This document shows positions 40,619 to 53,555 of a stretch of 64,000 nucleotides of DNA, piece by piece (the stretch's first letter is position 1; every line of letters starts with the position of its first letter). The DNA comes from Pristiophorus japonicus (taxonomy: Eukaryota), in NCBI RefSeq assembly GCF_044704955.1, contig NW_027253631.1, forward strand, positions 1-64,000, in the 5' to 3' direction. Under the pieces are notes generated by a model. That model ran no database searches and was not told the origin of the DNA. It worked only from the letters and a program-made list of their open reading frames with translations. The position numbers were made by a program, and so were the translations under genes.

Positions 40619-43185
40619 AAATGGTGCACTATTACAGGGAGTGAATGGTGCCCTATTACAGGGGATGAATGGAGCCTTATTACAGGGGGTGAATGGAGCC
40701 CTATTAAAGGAGGTGAATGGTGCCCTATTACAGGGGGTGAATGGTGCCCTATTACAGGGGGTGAATGGAGCCCGATTACAGGGGGTGAATGGTGCCCTAT
40801 TACAGGGGGTGAATGGTGCCCTATTACAGGGGATGAATGGTGCCCGATTACAGGGGGTGAAAGGTGCCGTATTACAGGGGGTGAATGGTGCCCTATTACA
40901 GGGGGTGAATGGTGCCCTATTACACGGGGTGAATGGTGCCCGATTACAGGGGGTGAACGGAGCCCTATTACAGGGGGTGAACAGAGCCCTATTACAGGGG
41001 GTGAATGGTGCTCTATTACAGGGGGTGAATGGTGCCCTATTACAGGAGGTGAATGGTGCCCTATTACAGGGGATGAATGGTGCCCTATTACAGGGGGTGA
41101 ATGGTGCCCTATTACAGGGGGTGAATGGTGCACTATTACAGGGGGTGAATGGTGCCCTATTACAGGGGGTGAATGTGCCCTATTACAGGGGGGAAATGGA
41201 GCCCTATTACAGGCGCTGAATGGCGCCCTATTACAGGGGGGGAATGTGCCCTATTACAGGGGGGAATGGTGCCCTATTACAGGGGGTGAATGTGCCCTAT
41301 TACAGGGAGTGAATAGTGCCCTATTACAGGGGGTGAATGGTGACCTATTACAGGGGGTTAATGGTGCCCTATTACAGGGGGTGAATGGTGCCCTATTACA
41401 GGGGGTGAATGGTGCCCTATTACAGGAGGTGAATGTGCCCTATTACAGGGGGTGAATGGTGCCCTATTACAGGGGGTGAATGGTGCCCTATTACAGGAGG
41501 TGAATGGTGCCCTATTATAGGGGGTGAATGGTGCCCTATTACAGGGGGTGAATGGAGCCCTATTACAAGGGGTGAATGGTGCCCTATTACAGGGGGTGAA
41601 TGGTGCCCTATTACAGGGGGTGAATGGAGCCCTATTACACGGGGTGAATGGTGCCCTATTACAGGGAGTGAATGGTGCCCTATTACAGGGTGTGAATGGA
41701 GCCCTATTACAGGGGGTGAATGGAGCCCTGTTACAGGGGGTGAATGGTGCTCTACTACAGGGGGTGAATGGTGCCCTATTACAGGGGGTGAATGGTGCAC
41801 TATTACAGGGGGTGAATGGTGCCCTATTACAGGAGGTGAATGGTGCCCTATTACAGGGGGTGAATGTGCCCTATTACAGGGGGAATGGTGCCCTATTACA
41901 GGGGGTGAATGTGCCCTATTACAGGGGGAATGGTGCCCTATTACAGCGGGGGAATGGAGCCCTATTATAGGCGGTGAATGGCGCCCTATTACAGGGGGAG
42001 AATGAAGCCCTATTACAGGGTGTGAATGTGCCCTATTACAGGGGGGGATTAGTGCCCTATAACAAAGGGGGGAATGGTGCCCTATTACAGGGGGTGAATG
42101 GTGCCCTATTACAGGGGATGAATGTGCCCTATTACAGGGGATGAATGTGCCCTATTACAGGGGGTGAATGGTGCCCTATTACAGGGGGTGAATGGTGCCC
42201 TATTACAGGGGGTGAATGGTGCCCTATTACAGGGGGTGAATGGTGCCCTATTGCAGGGGGTGAATGGTGCCCTATTACAGGGGGTGAATGGTGCCCTATT
42301 ACAGGAGGTGAATGGTGCCCTATTACAGGGGGTGAATGGTGCCCTTTTACAGGGGGTGAATGGAGCCCTATTACAGGGGGTGAATGGAGCCCTATTACAG
42401 GGGGTGAATGGTGCCCTATTACAGGGGGTGAATGGTGCCCTATTACAGGGGGTGAATGGTGCCCTATTACAGGGGGTGAATGTGCCCTATTACAGGGGAT
42501 GAATGTGCCCTATTACAGGGGATGAATGTGCCCTATTACAGGGGGTGAATGGTGCCCTATTACAGGGGATGAATGTGCCCTATTACAGGGGATGAATGTG
42601 CCCTATTACAGGGGATGAATGTGCCCTATTACAGGGGGTGAATGGTGCCCTATTACAGGGGGTGAATGGTGCCCTATTACAGGGGGTGAATGGTGCCCTA
42701 TTACAGGGGGTGAATGGTGCCCTATTACAGGGGGTGAATGGTGCCCTATTACAGGGGGTGAATGGTGCCCTATTACAGGAGGTGAATGGTGCCCTATTAC
42801 AGGGGGTGAATGGTGCCCTTTTACAGGGGGTGAATGGAGCCCTATTACAGGGGGTGAATGGAGCCCTATTACAGGGGGTGAATGGTGCCCTATTACAGGG
42901 GGTGAATGGTGCCCTATTACAGGGGGTGAATGGTGCCCTATTACAGGGGGTGAATGTGCCCTATTACAGGGGATGAATGTGCCCTATTACAGGGGGTGAA
43001 TTTTGCCCTATTACAGGAGGTGAATGGTGCCCTATTACAGGGGGTGAATGGTGCCCTATTACAGGGGGTGAATGGTGCCCTATTACAGGGGATGAATGTG
43101 CCCTATTACAGGGGATGAATGTGCCCTATTACAGGGGGTGAATGGTGCCCTATTACAAGGGGTGAATGGTGCAACATTACAGGGT
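40619..43185. repeat. 24-bp minisatellite GGGGGTGAATGGTGCCCTATTACA
   Basis: 8-aa periodicity (VNGALLQG); runs into decayed CR1 sequence. Confidence 0.96.
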
Positions 43186-44495
43186 TGCAGGGACCAAGGA
43201 GACCGGTGGGTTTGTGAACACAAACCTTTGAAGGGCAGCAGGACAAGTGGCCGAGATTTTTCAGTAAAAAGCACTCGGGATCCTGGGCTTTATAAACCGA
43301 GGCGTAGAGCACAAAGGCAAGGGAGTTATTCCCCACAACCGCCGTAAATCACCGGCCAGGCCTCAACTGCTGGATTGTGGCGGATTGCCGGAGCCGCACT
43401 GGACCAAGGAATTCAAGGCCATGGAGAGGCCGCAGGGGAGAGTTACTGAAATGGATGAGGGGCTTCAGTGACATGGGGCGACCACAGAAGCTGGGATTGT
43501 TCTCCTTCTGTACAGCAGAGAAGGTTCAGGGGGGAATGTAATGGATGTGTTCCACACACCGTGAGCTGTACCCTCCCTCTGTGTACACTCTATCCCCACA
43601 CACCGTGGGCTGTACCCTCCCTCTGTGTACACTCTATCCCCACACACCGTGTGCTGTACGCTCCCTCTGTGTACACTCTATCCCCACAAACACCGTGGGC
43701 TGTACCCTCCCTCTGCGTGCACTCTATCCCCATATACACCGTGCACTGTACCCCCTCCCTCTGTGTACACTCTATCCCCACACACACCGTGGGCTGTACC
43801 CTCCCTCTGTGTACACTCTATCCCCACAAACACCGTGGGCAGTACCCTCCCTCTGCGTGCACTCTATCCCCATATACACCGTGCACTGTACCCCCTCCCT
43901 CTGTGCACACTCTATCCCCATTTACACCATGGGCTGTACCCTCCCTCTTTGTACACTCTATCCCCACACACCGTGGGATGTACCCTCCCTCTGTGTACAC
44001 TCTATCCCCATATACACCGTGGGCTGACCCTCCCTCTGTGTACACTCTATCCCCACACACACCATGGGCTGTATCCTCCCTCTGTGTACACTCTATCCCC
44101 ACACATACCGTGGGGGAATGTAATGGATGTGTGCCAGATTGTGAGGGGTTCAGTGGATGGGGGAAACTGTTGCCACTGCCGGGAGGGTGGGTGGCCAGAG
44201 GTCACAGATAGAATTCAATTGGCAAAAAATCCAGGGGGAAGATGAGGAATTTAGCAAAAAAAATGTTGTTATACCCTCAGCGACAAGCTAAGATCTGGAA
44301 TGTAGTGTCTGGGAGAGGGGGTGGGAGCAGACTTAATCATGTTTTTCCAAAGGGAATTGGATAAATACTTAAATCGGGAAAATCTGCAGGGCTTTGGGGA
44401 AAGAGCGGGGGGGGAGTGGGAATAATGTGATACCTCGGATATTGCTGGTACAGGCGCGATGGGCCCAATGGAGTCCTGTCCTGTAGGGTTCTATC
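43186..44495 (+). mobile_element. Highly decayed CR1 3' region interrupted by a minisatellite insertion
   Basis: Remnants GGGATCCTGGGCTTTATAAA, GCAGAGAAGGTT, ATCTGGAATG, AAAGGGAATTGGATAAATACTT and a CR1-type 3' UTR. Confidence 0.7.
43551..44111. repeat. Second block of the ~44-bp minisatellite flanked by 21-bp direct repeats
   Basis: Same unit as 23622-25405; GGGGGAATGTAATGGATGTGT at 43530-43550 and 44112-44132. Confidence 0.92.
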
Positions 44496-44504
44496 AACCA
44501 GAGC

Positions 44505-47125
44505 CGGGTTGGGAGTTTGTGTGTGGGGGGGTGGGGAGTGTGTGTGGGGTGGGGGGAGGGGGGAGTGTGTGTGGGGTGGGGGGAGGGGGGAGTGTGTGTG
44601 GGGTGGGGGGGGGGAAGGGGAGTGTGTGTGTGGGGGGCTGAGTGTGTGTGTCGCGGGTGGGGGGGGGGGTGGTTATTGAGAGTGTGTGTGTGTGGGGGGG
44701 AGGGAGGGGGAGTGTGTGTGTCGGGGGGGGGGAGTGTGTGTGTGTGGGGTAGGGGGGGGGGTGTGTATGTGGGGGGTGATTGTGTGTGTCGGGGGGGGTA
44801 TTGAGAGTGTGTGTGTGTGGGGGGGAGGGGGAGCGGGGGTTGGGAGTGCGCGTGAGGGTGGGGGGGAGGGGGAGGGGAGGGGGAGTGTGTGGGGTGGGGG
44901 AGTGTGTGGGGATGGGGGGGAGGGGTGTTGGGAGTGTGTGTGTGGGTGGGGGGGGGGAGTGTGTGTGCCGGGGGGGAGGGGGAGTGTGTGGGGAGGGGGG
45001 TAGTGTGTGGGGCTGGGAGGAGAGAGGGGGGGGAGTGTGTGGGGAGGGGGGGACGTGTGTGTGTGTGGGGGGGGAGTGTGTGTGCTGGGTGGGGGAGGGG
45101 GGAGTATGTGGGGATGGGGGAGGGGTGTTGGGAGTGTGTGTGGATGGGGGGGAGGGGACGGGGAATGTGTGGTGAGGGGGTTAGTGTGTGGGGAGGGGAG
45201 GGGGGGAGTGTGTGGGGAGGGGGGGAATGTGTGGGGAGGGGGAGGGGAATGTGTGGGGAGGGGGAGGGGAATGTGTGGGGAGGGGGGGGAATGTGTGGGG
45301 GGGGGAGTGTGTGGGAAGGGGGGGAGTGTGTGGGGAGAGGGGGGAGTGCGTGGGGAGGGGGGGGAGTGTGTGGGGAGGGGGGGTAGAGTGTGTGGGGAGG
45401 GGGGGGGAGTGTGTGGGGAGGGGGGGGAGTGTGGGGAGGGGGGGGGAAGTGTGTGGGGAGGGGGGGGAGTGTGTGGGGAGGGGGGGAGGAGTGTGTGGGG
45501 AGGGGGGAGTGTGTGGGGAGGGGGGGGGGAGTGTGTGGGGAGGGGGTGGGAGTGTGCGGGGAGGGGGGGGGAGTGTGTGTGGGGAGGAGGGGGGGAGTGT
45601 GTGTGGGGAGGAGGGGGGGAGTGTGTGGGGAGGAGAGGGGGGAGTGTGTGGGGAGGGGGGGGCAGTGTGTGGGGAGGGGGAGGGGAATGTGTGGGGAGGG
45701 GGAGGGGAATGTGTGGGGAGGGGGGGAATGTGTGGGGAGGAGGGGGGGTGTGTGGGGAGGAGGGGGAAGTGTGTGGGGAGGGGGGGAGTGTGTGGGGAGG
45801 GGGGGGAGTGTGTGGGAAGGGGGGGAGTGTGTGGGGAGAGGGGGGAGTGCGTGGGGAGGGGGGGGAGTGTGTGGGGAGGGGGGTAGTGTGTGGGAAGGGG
45901 GGGGAGTGTGTGGGGAGAGGGGGGAGTGCGTGGGGAGGGGGAGGGAGTGTGTGGGATGGGGAGAGGGGGGAGTGTGTGGAGAAAGGGGGGAGTGTGTGGG
46001 GAGGGGGGGTAAAGTGTGTGGGGAGGGGGGGGGGAGTGTGTGGGGAGGGGGGGGGAGTGTGTGGGGAGGGGGGGAGTGTGTGGGGAGGGGGGTTGTGTGT
46101 GGGAAGGGGGGGGTGTGTGGGAGAGGGGGGAGTGCGTGGGAGGGGGAGGGGAGTGTGTGGAAAGGGGGGGGAGGGGGGAGTGTGTGGGGAGGGGGAGTGT
46201 GTGGGGAGGGGGGTAGTGTGTGGGGAAGGGGGGGGAGGTGTGGGGAGGGGGGAGTGCGTGGGGAGGGGGAGGGGAGTGAGTGGGGGATGGGGGAGAGTGG
46301 GGTGTGTGTGGGAGGGGGGAGTGTGGGGAGGGGGGGAAGAGTGTGTGGGGAGGGGAGGGGAGTGTGGGGGAGGGGGTAGAGTGTGTGGGGAGGGGGGGGG
46401 AGTGTGGGGAGGGGGGGGAGTGTGTGGGGAGGGGGGGAGTGTGTGGGGAGGGGGGAGTGTGTGGGGAGGGGGGGGAGGAGTGTGTGGGGAGAGGGGGGAG
46501 TGTGTGGGGAGGGGGGGGGTGTGTGGGGAGGGGTGGGAGTGTGTGGGAGGGGGAGTGTGTGTGGGGAGGAGGGGGGGAGTGTGTGTGGGGAGGAGGGGGG
46601 GAGTGTGTGGGGAGGGGAGGGGGGGAGTGTGTGGGGATGGGGGGCAGTGTGTGGGGAGGGGGGGAAGTGTGTGGGGAGGGGGGGGGAGTGTGTGGGGAGA
46701 GCGGGAGTGTGTGGGAGAGCGGGGAGTGTTTGGGGAGGGGAGGGGGGAGTGTGTGGGGAGGGGGGGCAGTGTGTGGGGAGGGGGGGGAGTGTGTGGGGAG
46801 GGGGGGGAGTGTGTGGGGAGGGGGGGAGTGTGTGGGGAGAGCGGGGAGTGTGTGGGGAGAGGGGGGAGTGTGTGGGGAGGGGGGAGTGTGTGGGGAGGGG
46901 GGGGGAGTGTGTGGGGAGGAGGGGGAGTGTGTGGGGAGGGGGGGGAGTGTGTGGGGAGGGAGTGGGAGTGTGTGGGGAGGGGGTGGGAGTGTGTGGGAGT
47001 GTGTGGGTGGGGGGGAGTGTGTGTGGGGATGGGGGGAGAGGGGGGAGTGTGTAGGGAGGGGGGGAGTGTGTGGGGAGAGGGGGGAGTGTGTGGGGAGGGG
47101 GGAGTGCGTGGGGAGGGGGAGGGGA
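44505..47125. repeat. G-rich low-complexity repeat (GGGGAGTGTGTGGGGAGGGG)n
   Basis: Almost C-free plus strand; dense G4 potential. Confidence 0.96.
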
Positions 47126-47461
47126 CACGAGCGAGGACCCAATGGGTGGTATGACATCAGTCGCCCGTTACATACTTTCATTGACTTTAGACCCGAATAT
47201 CGGGCGTGTCATATCACGGGCGGTAGAGGCGATTCCGATGACATTACGTCTCCGCCCATTGTCCAATTTCAGGTGATTTCTCATTGCCCTGTATTGTGCC
47301 ACCATCAGCACCGCTGGTGTCCCGGGGATAGAGTGTGGGGCACAGGACTCCGTACCGCTTCTATTGCTCAACAGCCTCCCACATTGCTGGTCACATTTCC
47401 TCGTCCAGTTTCACCCCCGACACCAGTGCAGTTTTAAATGGCCAATCATGTCTGTACGCAC

Positions 47462-47782
47462 TTTTAGGTCCAGGTTCTGGGGTCTGAGCCGGCACCATTT
47501 CACTGGCCTTGTACCCCGCCTTGCAGTAGTAGACCCGATTGGTTTCCCAATCTGCTGAAGAGACTTTGAGCACACTGCTCATCGTGTACGCCATATTTTG
47601 CCCCAAGACAGCCGGATACTTCTTCACTCCAGTCGTGATGTCCGCACCATTGGTGGACCATGTCTGAATGATGCTCTTGGGCTGAAAGTCTTTGACCAGG
47701 CACAGGAAGGTGATCCCATCTTGGTTGGAGTTGCTGCCACAGGAAGGGTTGGCGATGTAGACAGATGGTTTGGACTGAACAA
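47462..47782 (-). CDS. IgW: IgW heavy chain constant exon CH1
   Basis: Acceptor tttaccttccAG and donor AAAA/GTgcgt; 321 nt, phase 1/1. Encodes (V)VQSKPSVYIANPSCGS..FLCLVKDFQP..QTW..YTMSSVL..YYCKAG..PEPGPK: C1-set Cys/Trp/Cys motifs plus the extra N-terminal Cys (PSCGS) typical of light-chain-pairing CH1. Confidence 0.92.
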
Positions 47783-47933
47783 CTGGAAGGTAAATAGGTG
47801 CACACAGATAAGTCCAGTAAACAAAGTGCATGACAGGCACACACAGCAGGAGAGATTGTGTTGTGTATAACACCAGCCATTTCCCCAAACAGTTACACTG
47901 CGACACAACCAGCTTACAGTTGTATTGTGGCTC

Positions 47934-48365
47934 ATAGAAACATAGAAACATAGAAATTAAGTGCAGGAGCAGGTCATTCGGCCCTTCGAGCCTGCACCAC
48001 CATCCAATAAGATCATGACTGATCATGCAACCTCAGTAACCTCTTTCCTGCTTTCTCTCCATACCCCTTGATCCCTTGAGCCGTAAGGGCCATATCTAAC
48101 GAACTGGCATCAACAACTTTCTACGGTCGCGAATTCCACAGGTTAACCACTCTGAGTGAAGCAGTTTCTCCTCATCTCGGTCCTAAATGGTTTCCCCTTA
48201 TTCTTAGAGAGTGACCCCTGGTTCTGGAACTACCCAGCAATGGGAACATTCTTCCTGCCTCGAACCTGTCGAATCCCGTCAGAAATTTATATGTTTCTAT
48301 GAGATGCCCTCTCATTTTTCTAAACTCCAGTGGATACAAGCCCAGTTGATCCAGTCTCTCCTCGT
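47934..48365 (-). mobile_element. CR1 family B 3' end, decayed
   Basis: (AGAAACAT)n tail; similar to 21766-22324. Confidence 0.85.
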
Positions 48366-48487
48366 ATGGCTCAGTTGGGAATCATGGTATCATTCTCAGC
48401 TCTGTGTCAGAAGGTAGTGGGTTCAAGCCCGCTCCAGATCCTTGAGCCCATCATCCAGGCTGATACTCCAGTGCAGTACTGAGGGAG

Positions 48488-50415
48488 TGATTAATGCAGT
48501 GACATTGATTGGGAGATTAATGCAGTGACATTGACTGGGAGATTAACGCAGTGGCATTGATTGGGAGATTAATGCACTGACATTGATTGGGAGATTAATG
48601 CAGTGACATTGATTGGGAGATTAATGCACTGACATTGACTGGGAGATTAACGCAGTGACATTGATTGGGAGATTAATGCACTGACATTGATTGGGAGATT
48701 AATGCACTGACATTGATTGGGAGATTAACGCACTGACATTGATTGGGAGATTAATGCAGTGACATTGGTTGGGAGATTAACGCACTGACAATTATAGCAG
48801 ATGCATTCGTTATAATCAACCAAAATTCTCTGGACTCTGGGGAGGTACCAGCGGATTGGAAAGCAGCTAATGTAACGCCTCTGTTTAAAAAATGGGGCAG
48901 ACAAAAGGCAGGTAACTATAGGCCAGTTAATTTAACATCTGTAGTGAGGAAAATGCTTGAAACCATCATTAAGGAAGAAATAGCAGGACATCTAGATAGG
49001 AATAGTGCAATCAAGCAGACGCAACATGGATTCATGAAGGGGAAATCATGTTTAACTAATTTACTTCTTTGAGGATATAACGAGAATGGTGGATAGAGAT
49101 GTACCGATGGATGTGGTGTATTTAGATTTCCAAAAGGCATTCGATAAGGTGCCACACAAAAGGTTACTGCAGAAGATAAAGGTACGCGGAGTCAGAGGAA
49201 ATGTATTAGCATGGATCGAGAATTGGCTGGCTAACAGAAAGCAGAGAGTCGGGATAAATGGGTCCTTTTCAGGTTGGAAATTGGTGGTTAGTGGTGTGCC
49301 ACAGGGATCGGTGCTGGGACCACAACTGTTTACAATATACATAGATGACCTGGAAGAGGGGACAGAGTGTAGCGCAACAAAATTTGCAGATGACACAAAG
49401 ATTAGTGGATAAGCGGGTTGTGTAGAGGACACAGAGGCTGCAAAGAGATTGAGATAGGTTAAGCGAATGGGCTAATGTTTGCCAGATGGAATACAATGTC
49501 GTAAAATGTGAGGTCATCCACCTTGGAAAACAAAACAGTAAAAGGGAATATTATTTGAATGGGGAGAAATTGCAACATGCTGCGGTGCAGAGGGACCTGG
49601 GGGTCCTTGTGCATGAATCCCAAAAAGTTAGTTTGCAGGTGCAGCAGGTAATCAGGAAGGCGAATGGAATGTTGGCCTTCATTGCGAGAGGGATGGAGTA
49701 CAAAGCAGGGAGGTCCTGCTGCAACTGTACAGGGTATTGGTGAGGCCGCACCTGGAGTACTGCGTGCAGTTTTGCTCACCTTACTTAAGGAAGGATATAC
49801 TAGCTTTGGAGGGGGTACAGAGACGATTTACTCGGCTGATTCCGGAGATGAGGGGGTTACCTTATGATGATAGATTGAGTAGACTGGGTCTTTAATCGTT
49901 GGAGTTCAGAAGGATGAGGGGTGATCTTATAGAAACATTTAAAAAAATGAAAGGGATAGACAAGATAAGAGGCAGAGAGGTTGTTTCCACTGGTCGGGGA
50001 GACTAGAACTAGGGGGCACAGCCTCAAAATACAGGGGAGCCAATTTAAAACTGAGTTGAGAAGGAATTTCTTCTCCCAGAGGGTTGTGAACCTGTGGAAT
50101 TCTCTGCCCAAGGAAGCAGTTGAGGCTAGCTCATTGAATGTATTCAAATCACAGATAGATAGATTTTTAACCAATAAGGGAATTAAGGGTTACGGGGAGC
50201 GGGCGGGTAAGTGGAACTGAGTCCACGGCCAGATCAGCCATGATCTTGTTGAATGGTGGAGCAGGCTCGAGGGGCTAGATGGCCTACTCCTGTTTCTAAT
50301 TCTTATGTTCTTATGTTCTTATGATTGGGAGATTAATGCACTGACATTGATTGGGAGATTAATGCACTGACATTGATTGGGAGATTAATGCGGTGACACT
50401 GATTGGGAGATTAAT
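48488..50415. repeat. 26-bp minisatellite GATTAATGCACTGACATTGATTGGGA split by a CR1 insertion
   Basis: Units at 48488-48790 resume at 50322-50415; preceded by a truncated SINE head (48366-48488). Confidence 0.9.
48791..50322 (+). mobile_element. CR1 family A, 5'-truncated
   Basis: RT motifs, several frameshifts and (TTCTTATG)n tail; uninterrupted GTGCATGAATCCC site (CATGAAT at 49612-49618). Confidence 0.95.
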
Positions 50416-53400
50416 AGAAACATAGAAACATAGAAAATAGGTGCAGGAGTAGGCCATTCAGCCCTTCTAGCCTGCACCGCCATTCAATGAGTTCATGGCT
50501 GAACATGCAACTTCAGTACAACATTCCTGCTTTCTCGCCATAACCCTTGATCCCCCGAGTAGTAAGGACTACATCTAACTCCTTTTTGAATATATTTAGT
50601 GAATTGGCCTCAACAACTTTCTGTGTTAGAGAATTCTACAGGTTCACCACTCTCTGGGTGAAGAAGTTTCTCCTCATCTCGGTCCTAAATGGCTTACCCC
50701 TTATCCTTAGACTGTGACCCCTGGTTCTGGACTTCCCCAACATTGGGAACATTCTTCCTGCATCTAACCTGTCTGAACCCATCAGAATTTTAAACGTTTC
50801 TATGAGGTCCCCTCTCATTCTTCTGAACTCCAGTGAATACAAGCCCAGTTGATCCAGTCTTTCTTGATAGGTCAGTCCCGCCATCCCGAGAATCAGTCTG
50901 GTGAACCTTCGCTGCACTCCCTCGATAGCAAGAATGTCCTTCCTCAAGTTAGGAGACCAAAACTGTACACAATACTCCAGGTGTGGCCTCACCAAGGCCC
51001 TGTACAACTGTAGCAACACCTCCCTGCCCCTGTACTCAAATCCCCTCGCTATGAAGGCCAACATGCCATTTGCTTTCTTAACCGCCTGCTGTACCTGCAT
51101 ACCAACCTTCAATGACTGACGTACCATAACACCCAGGTCTCGTTGCACCTCCCCTTTTCCTAATCTGTCACCATTCAGATAATACTCTGTCTCTCTGTTT
51201 TTAACCACCGAAGTGGATAACCTCACATTTATCCACATTATACTTCATCTGCCATGCATTTGCCCACTCACCTAACCTATCCAAGTCACTCTGCAGCCTC
51301 ATAGCATCCTCCTCGCAGCTCACACTGCCACCCAACTTAGTGTCATCCGCAAATTTGGAGAAACTACATTTAATCCCCTCATCTTAATCATTAATGTACA
51401 ATGTAAACAGCTGGGGCCCCAGCACAGAACCTTGCGGTACCCCACTAGTCACTGCCTCCCATTCTGAAACGTACCCATTTACTCCTACTCTTTGCTTTCT
51501 GTCTGCCAACCAGTTCTCAATCCATGTCAGCACACTACCCCCAATCCCATGTGCTTTAACTTTGCACATTAATCTCTTGTGTGGGACCTTGTCGAAAGCC
51601 TTCTGAAAGTCCAAATACACCACATCAACTGGTTCTCCCTTGTCCATTCTACTGGAAACATCCTCAAAAAATTCCAGAAGATTTGTCAAGCATGATTTCC
51701 CTTTCACAAATCCATGCTGACTTACACCTAGCATGTCACCTCTTTCCAAATGCGCTGCTATGATATCCTTAATAATTGATTCCATCATTTTACCCACTAC
51801 TGAGGTCAGGCTGACCGGTCTATAATTCCCTGTTTTCTCTCTCCCTCATTTTTTAAAAAGTGGTGTTACATTGGCTACCCTCCACTCCGTAGGAACTGAT
51901 CCAGAGTCTATGGAATGTTGGAAAATGACTGTCAATGCATCCGCTATTTCCAAGGCCACCTCCTTAAGTACTCTGGGATGCAGTCCATCAGGCCCTGGGG
52001 ATTTATCGGCCTTCAATCCCATCAATTTCCCCAACACAATTTCCCGACTAATAAGGATTTCCCTCAGTTCCTCCTCCTTACTAGACCCTCTGACCCCTTT
52101 TATATCCAGAAGGTTGTTTGTGTCCTCCTCAGTGAATACCGAACCAAAGTACTTGTTCAATTGGTCTGCCATTTCTTTGTTCCCCGTTATGACTTCCCCT
52201 GATTCTGACTGCCGGGGACCTACGTTTGTCTTTACTCATCTTTTTCTCTTTACATATCTATAGAAACTTTTGCAGTCCGTCTTAATGTTCCCTGCAAGCT
52301 TCTTCTCGTACTCCATTTTCCCTGTCCTAATCAAACCCTTTGTTCTCCTTTGCTGAGTTCTAAATTTCTCCCAGTCCCCGGGTTCACTGCTATTTCTGGC
52401 CAATTTGTATGCCACTTCCTTGGCTTTAATACTATCCCTGATTTCCCTAGATAGCCACGGTTGAGCCACCTTCCCTTTTTTATTTTTACGCCAGACAGGA
52501 ATGTACAATTGTTGTAGTTCATCCATGCGGTCTCTAAATGTCTGCCATTGCCCATCCACAGTCAACCCCTTCAGTATCATTCGCCAATCTATCCTAGCCA
52601 ATTCACGCCTCATACCTTCAAAGTTACCCTTCTTTAACTTCTGGACCATGGTCTCTGAATTAACCATTTCATTCTCCATCCTGATGTAGAATTCCACCAT
52701 ATTATGGTCACTCTTTCCCAAGGGGCCTCGCACAACGAGATTGCTAATTAATCCTCTCTCATTACACAACACCCAGTCTAAGATGGCCTCCTCCCTAGTT
52801 GGTTCCTTGACATATTGGTCTAGAAAACCATCCCAGGAAGCACTCCAGGAAATCCTCCTCCACCATATTGCTTCCAGTTTGGTTAGCCCAATCTATATGC
52901 ATATTAAAGTCACCCATGATAACTGCTGAACCTTTATTGCATGCACCCCTAATTTCCAGTTTGATCCCCTCCCCAACATCACTACTACTGTTTGGAAGTC
53001 TGTACACAACTCCCACTTGCGTTTTCTGCCCCTTGGTATTCCGTAGCTCCACCCATACCGATTCCACATCATCCACGCTAATATCTTTCGTTACAATTGC
53101 ATTAATTTCCTCTGTAACCAGCAACACCACCCCAGCTCCTTTTCCTTTCTGTCTATCTTTCCTAAATGTTGAAACCCCTGGATGTTGAGTTCCCAGCCTT
53201 GGTCACCCTGGAGCCATGTCTCTGTGATGCCAACCACATCGCATCCGTTAACTGCTATCTGCACAGTTAATTCATCCACCTTATTCTGAATACTCCTCGC
53301 ATTGAGGCACAGAGCCTTCAGGCTTGCCTTTTTAACACACTTATACCCTTTAGAATGTTGCTGCAAAGTGGCCCTTTTTATTTTTTGCCTTGGGTTTCTC

Positions 53401-53555
53401 TGCCCTCCACTTTTACTCATTTCCTTTCTGTCTTTTGCTTCTGTCTCCATTTTGTTTCCCTCTGTCTCCCTGCATTGGTTCCCATCCCCCTGCCATATTA
53501 GTTTAACTCCTCCCCAACAGCACTAGCAAACACTCCCCCGAGGACATTGGTTCCT
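50414..53555 (-). mobile_element. CR1 family B, near-complete decayed ORF2 (APE endonuclease plus RT)
   Basis: CLNARSI, GITETWL, MGDFN and SDH endonuclease motifs plus RT motifs; several stops and frameshifts. Confidence 0.95.

Noticed and set aside
47130-47280. CpG-rich segments here and at 26700-26950 as regulatory elements
   Set aside because: They look more like decayed non-autonomous DNA-element remnants; boundaries and family could not be established by eye.
27731-47437. Very long repetitive ORFs (up to 1655 aa)
   Set aside because: They are translations of stop-poor tandem repeats, open in several frames on both strands, with no domain content.
7423-47782. IgNAR or IgM assignment
   Set aside because: Six CH exons, a CH1 with a light-chain Cys and a Cys-rich short tail after CH2 fit IgW; IgM has four and IgNAR five constant domains.
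50414-53555. Active autonomous LINE
   Set aside because: ORF2 is broken by stops and frameshifts in this and every other copy in the window.
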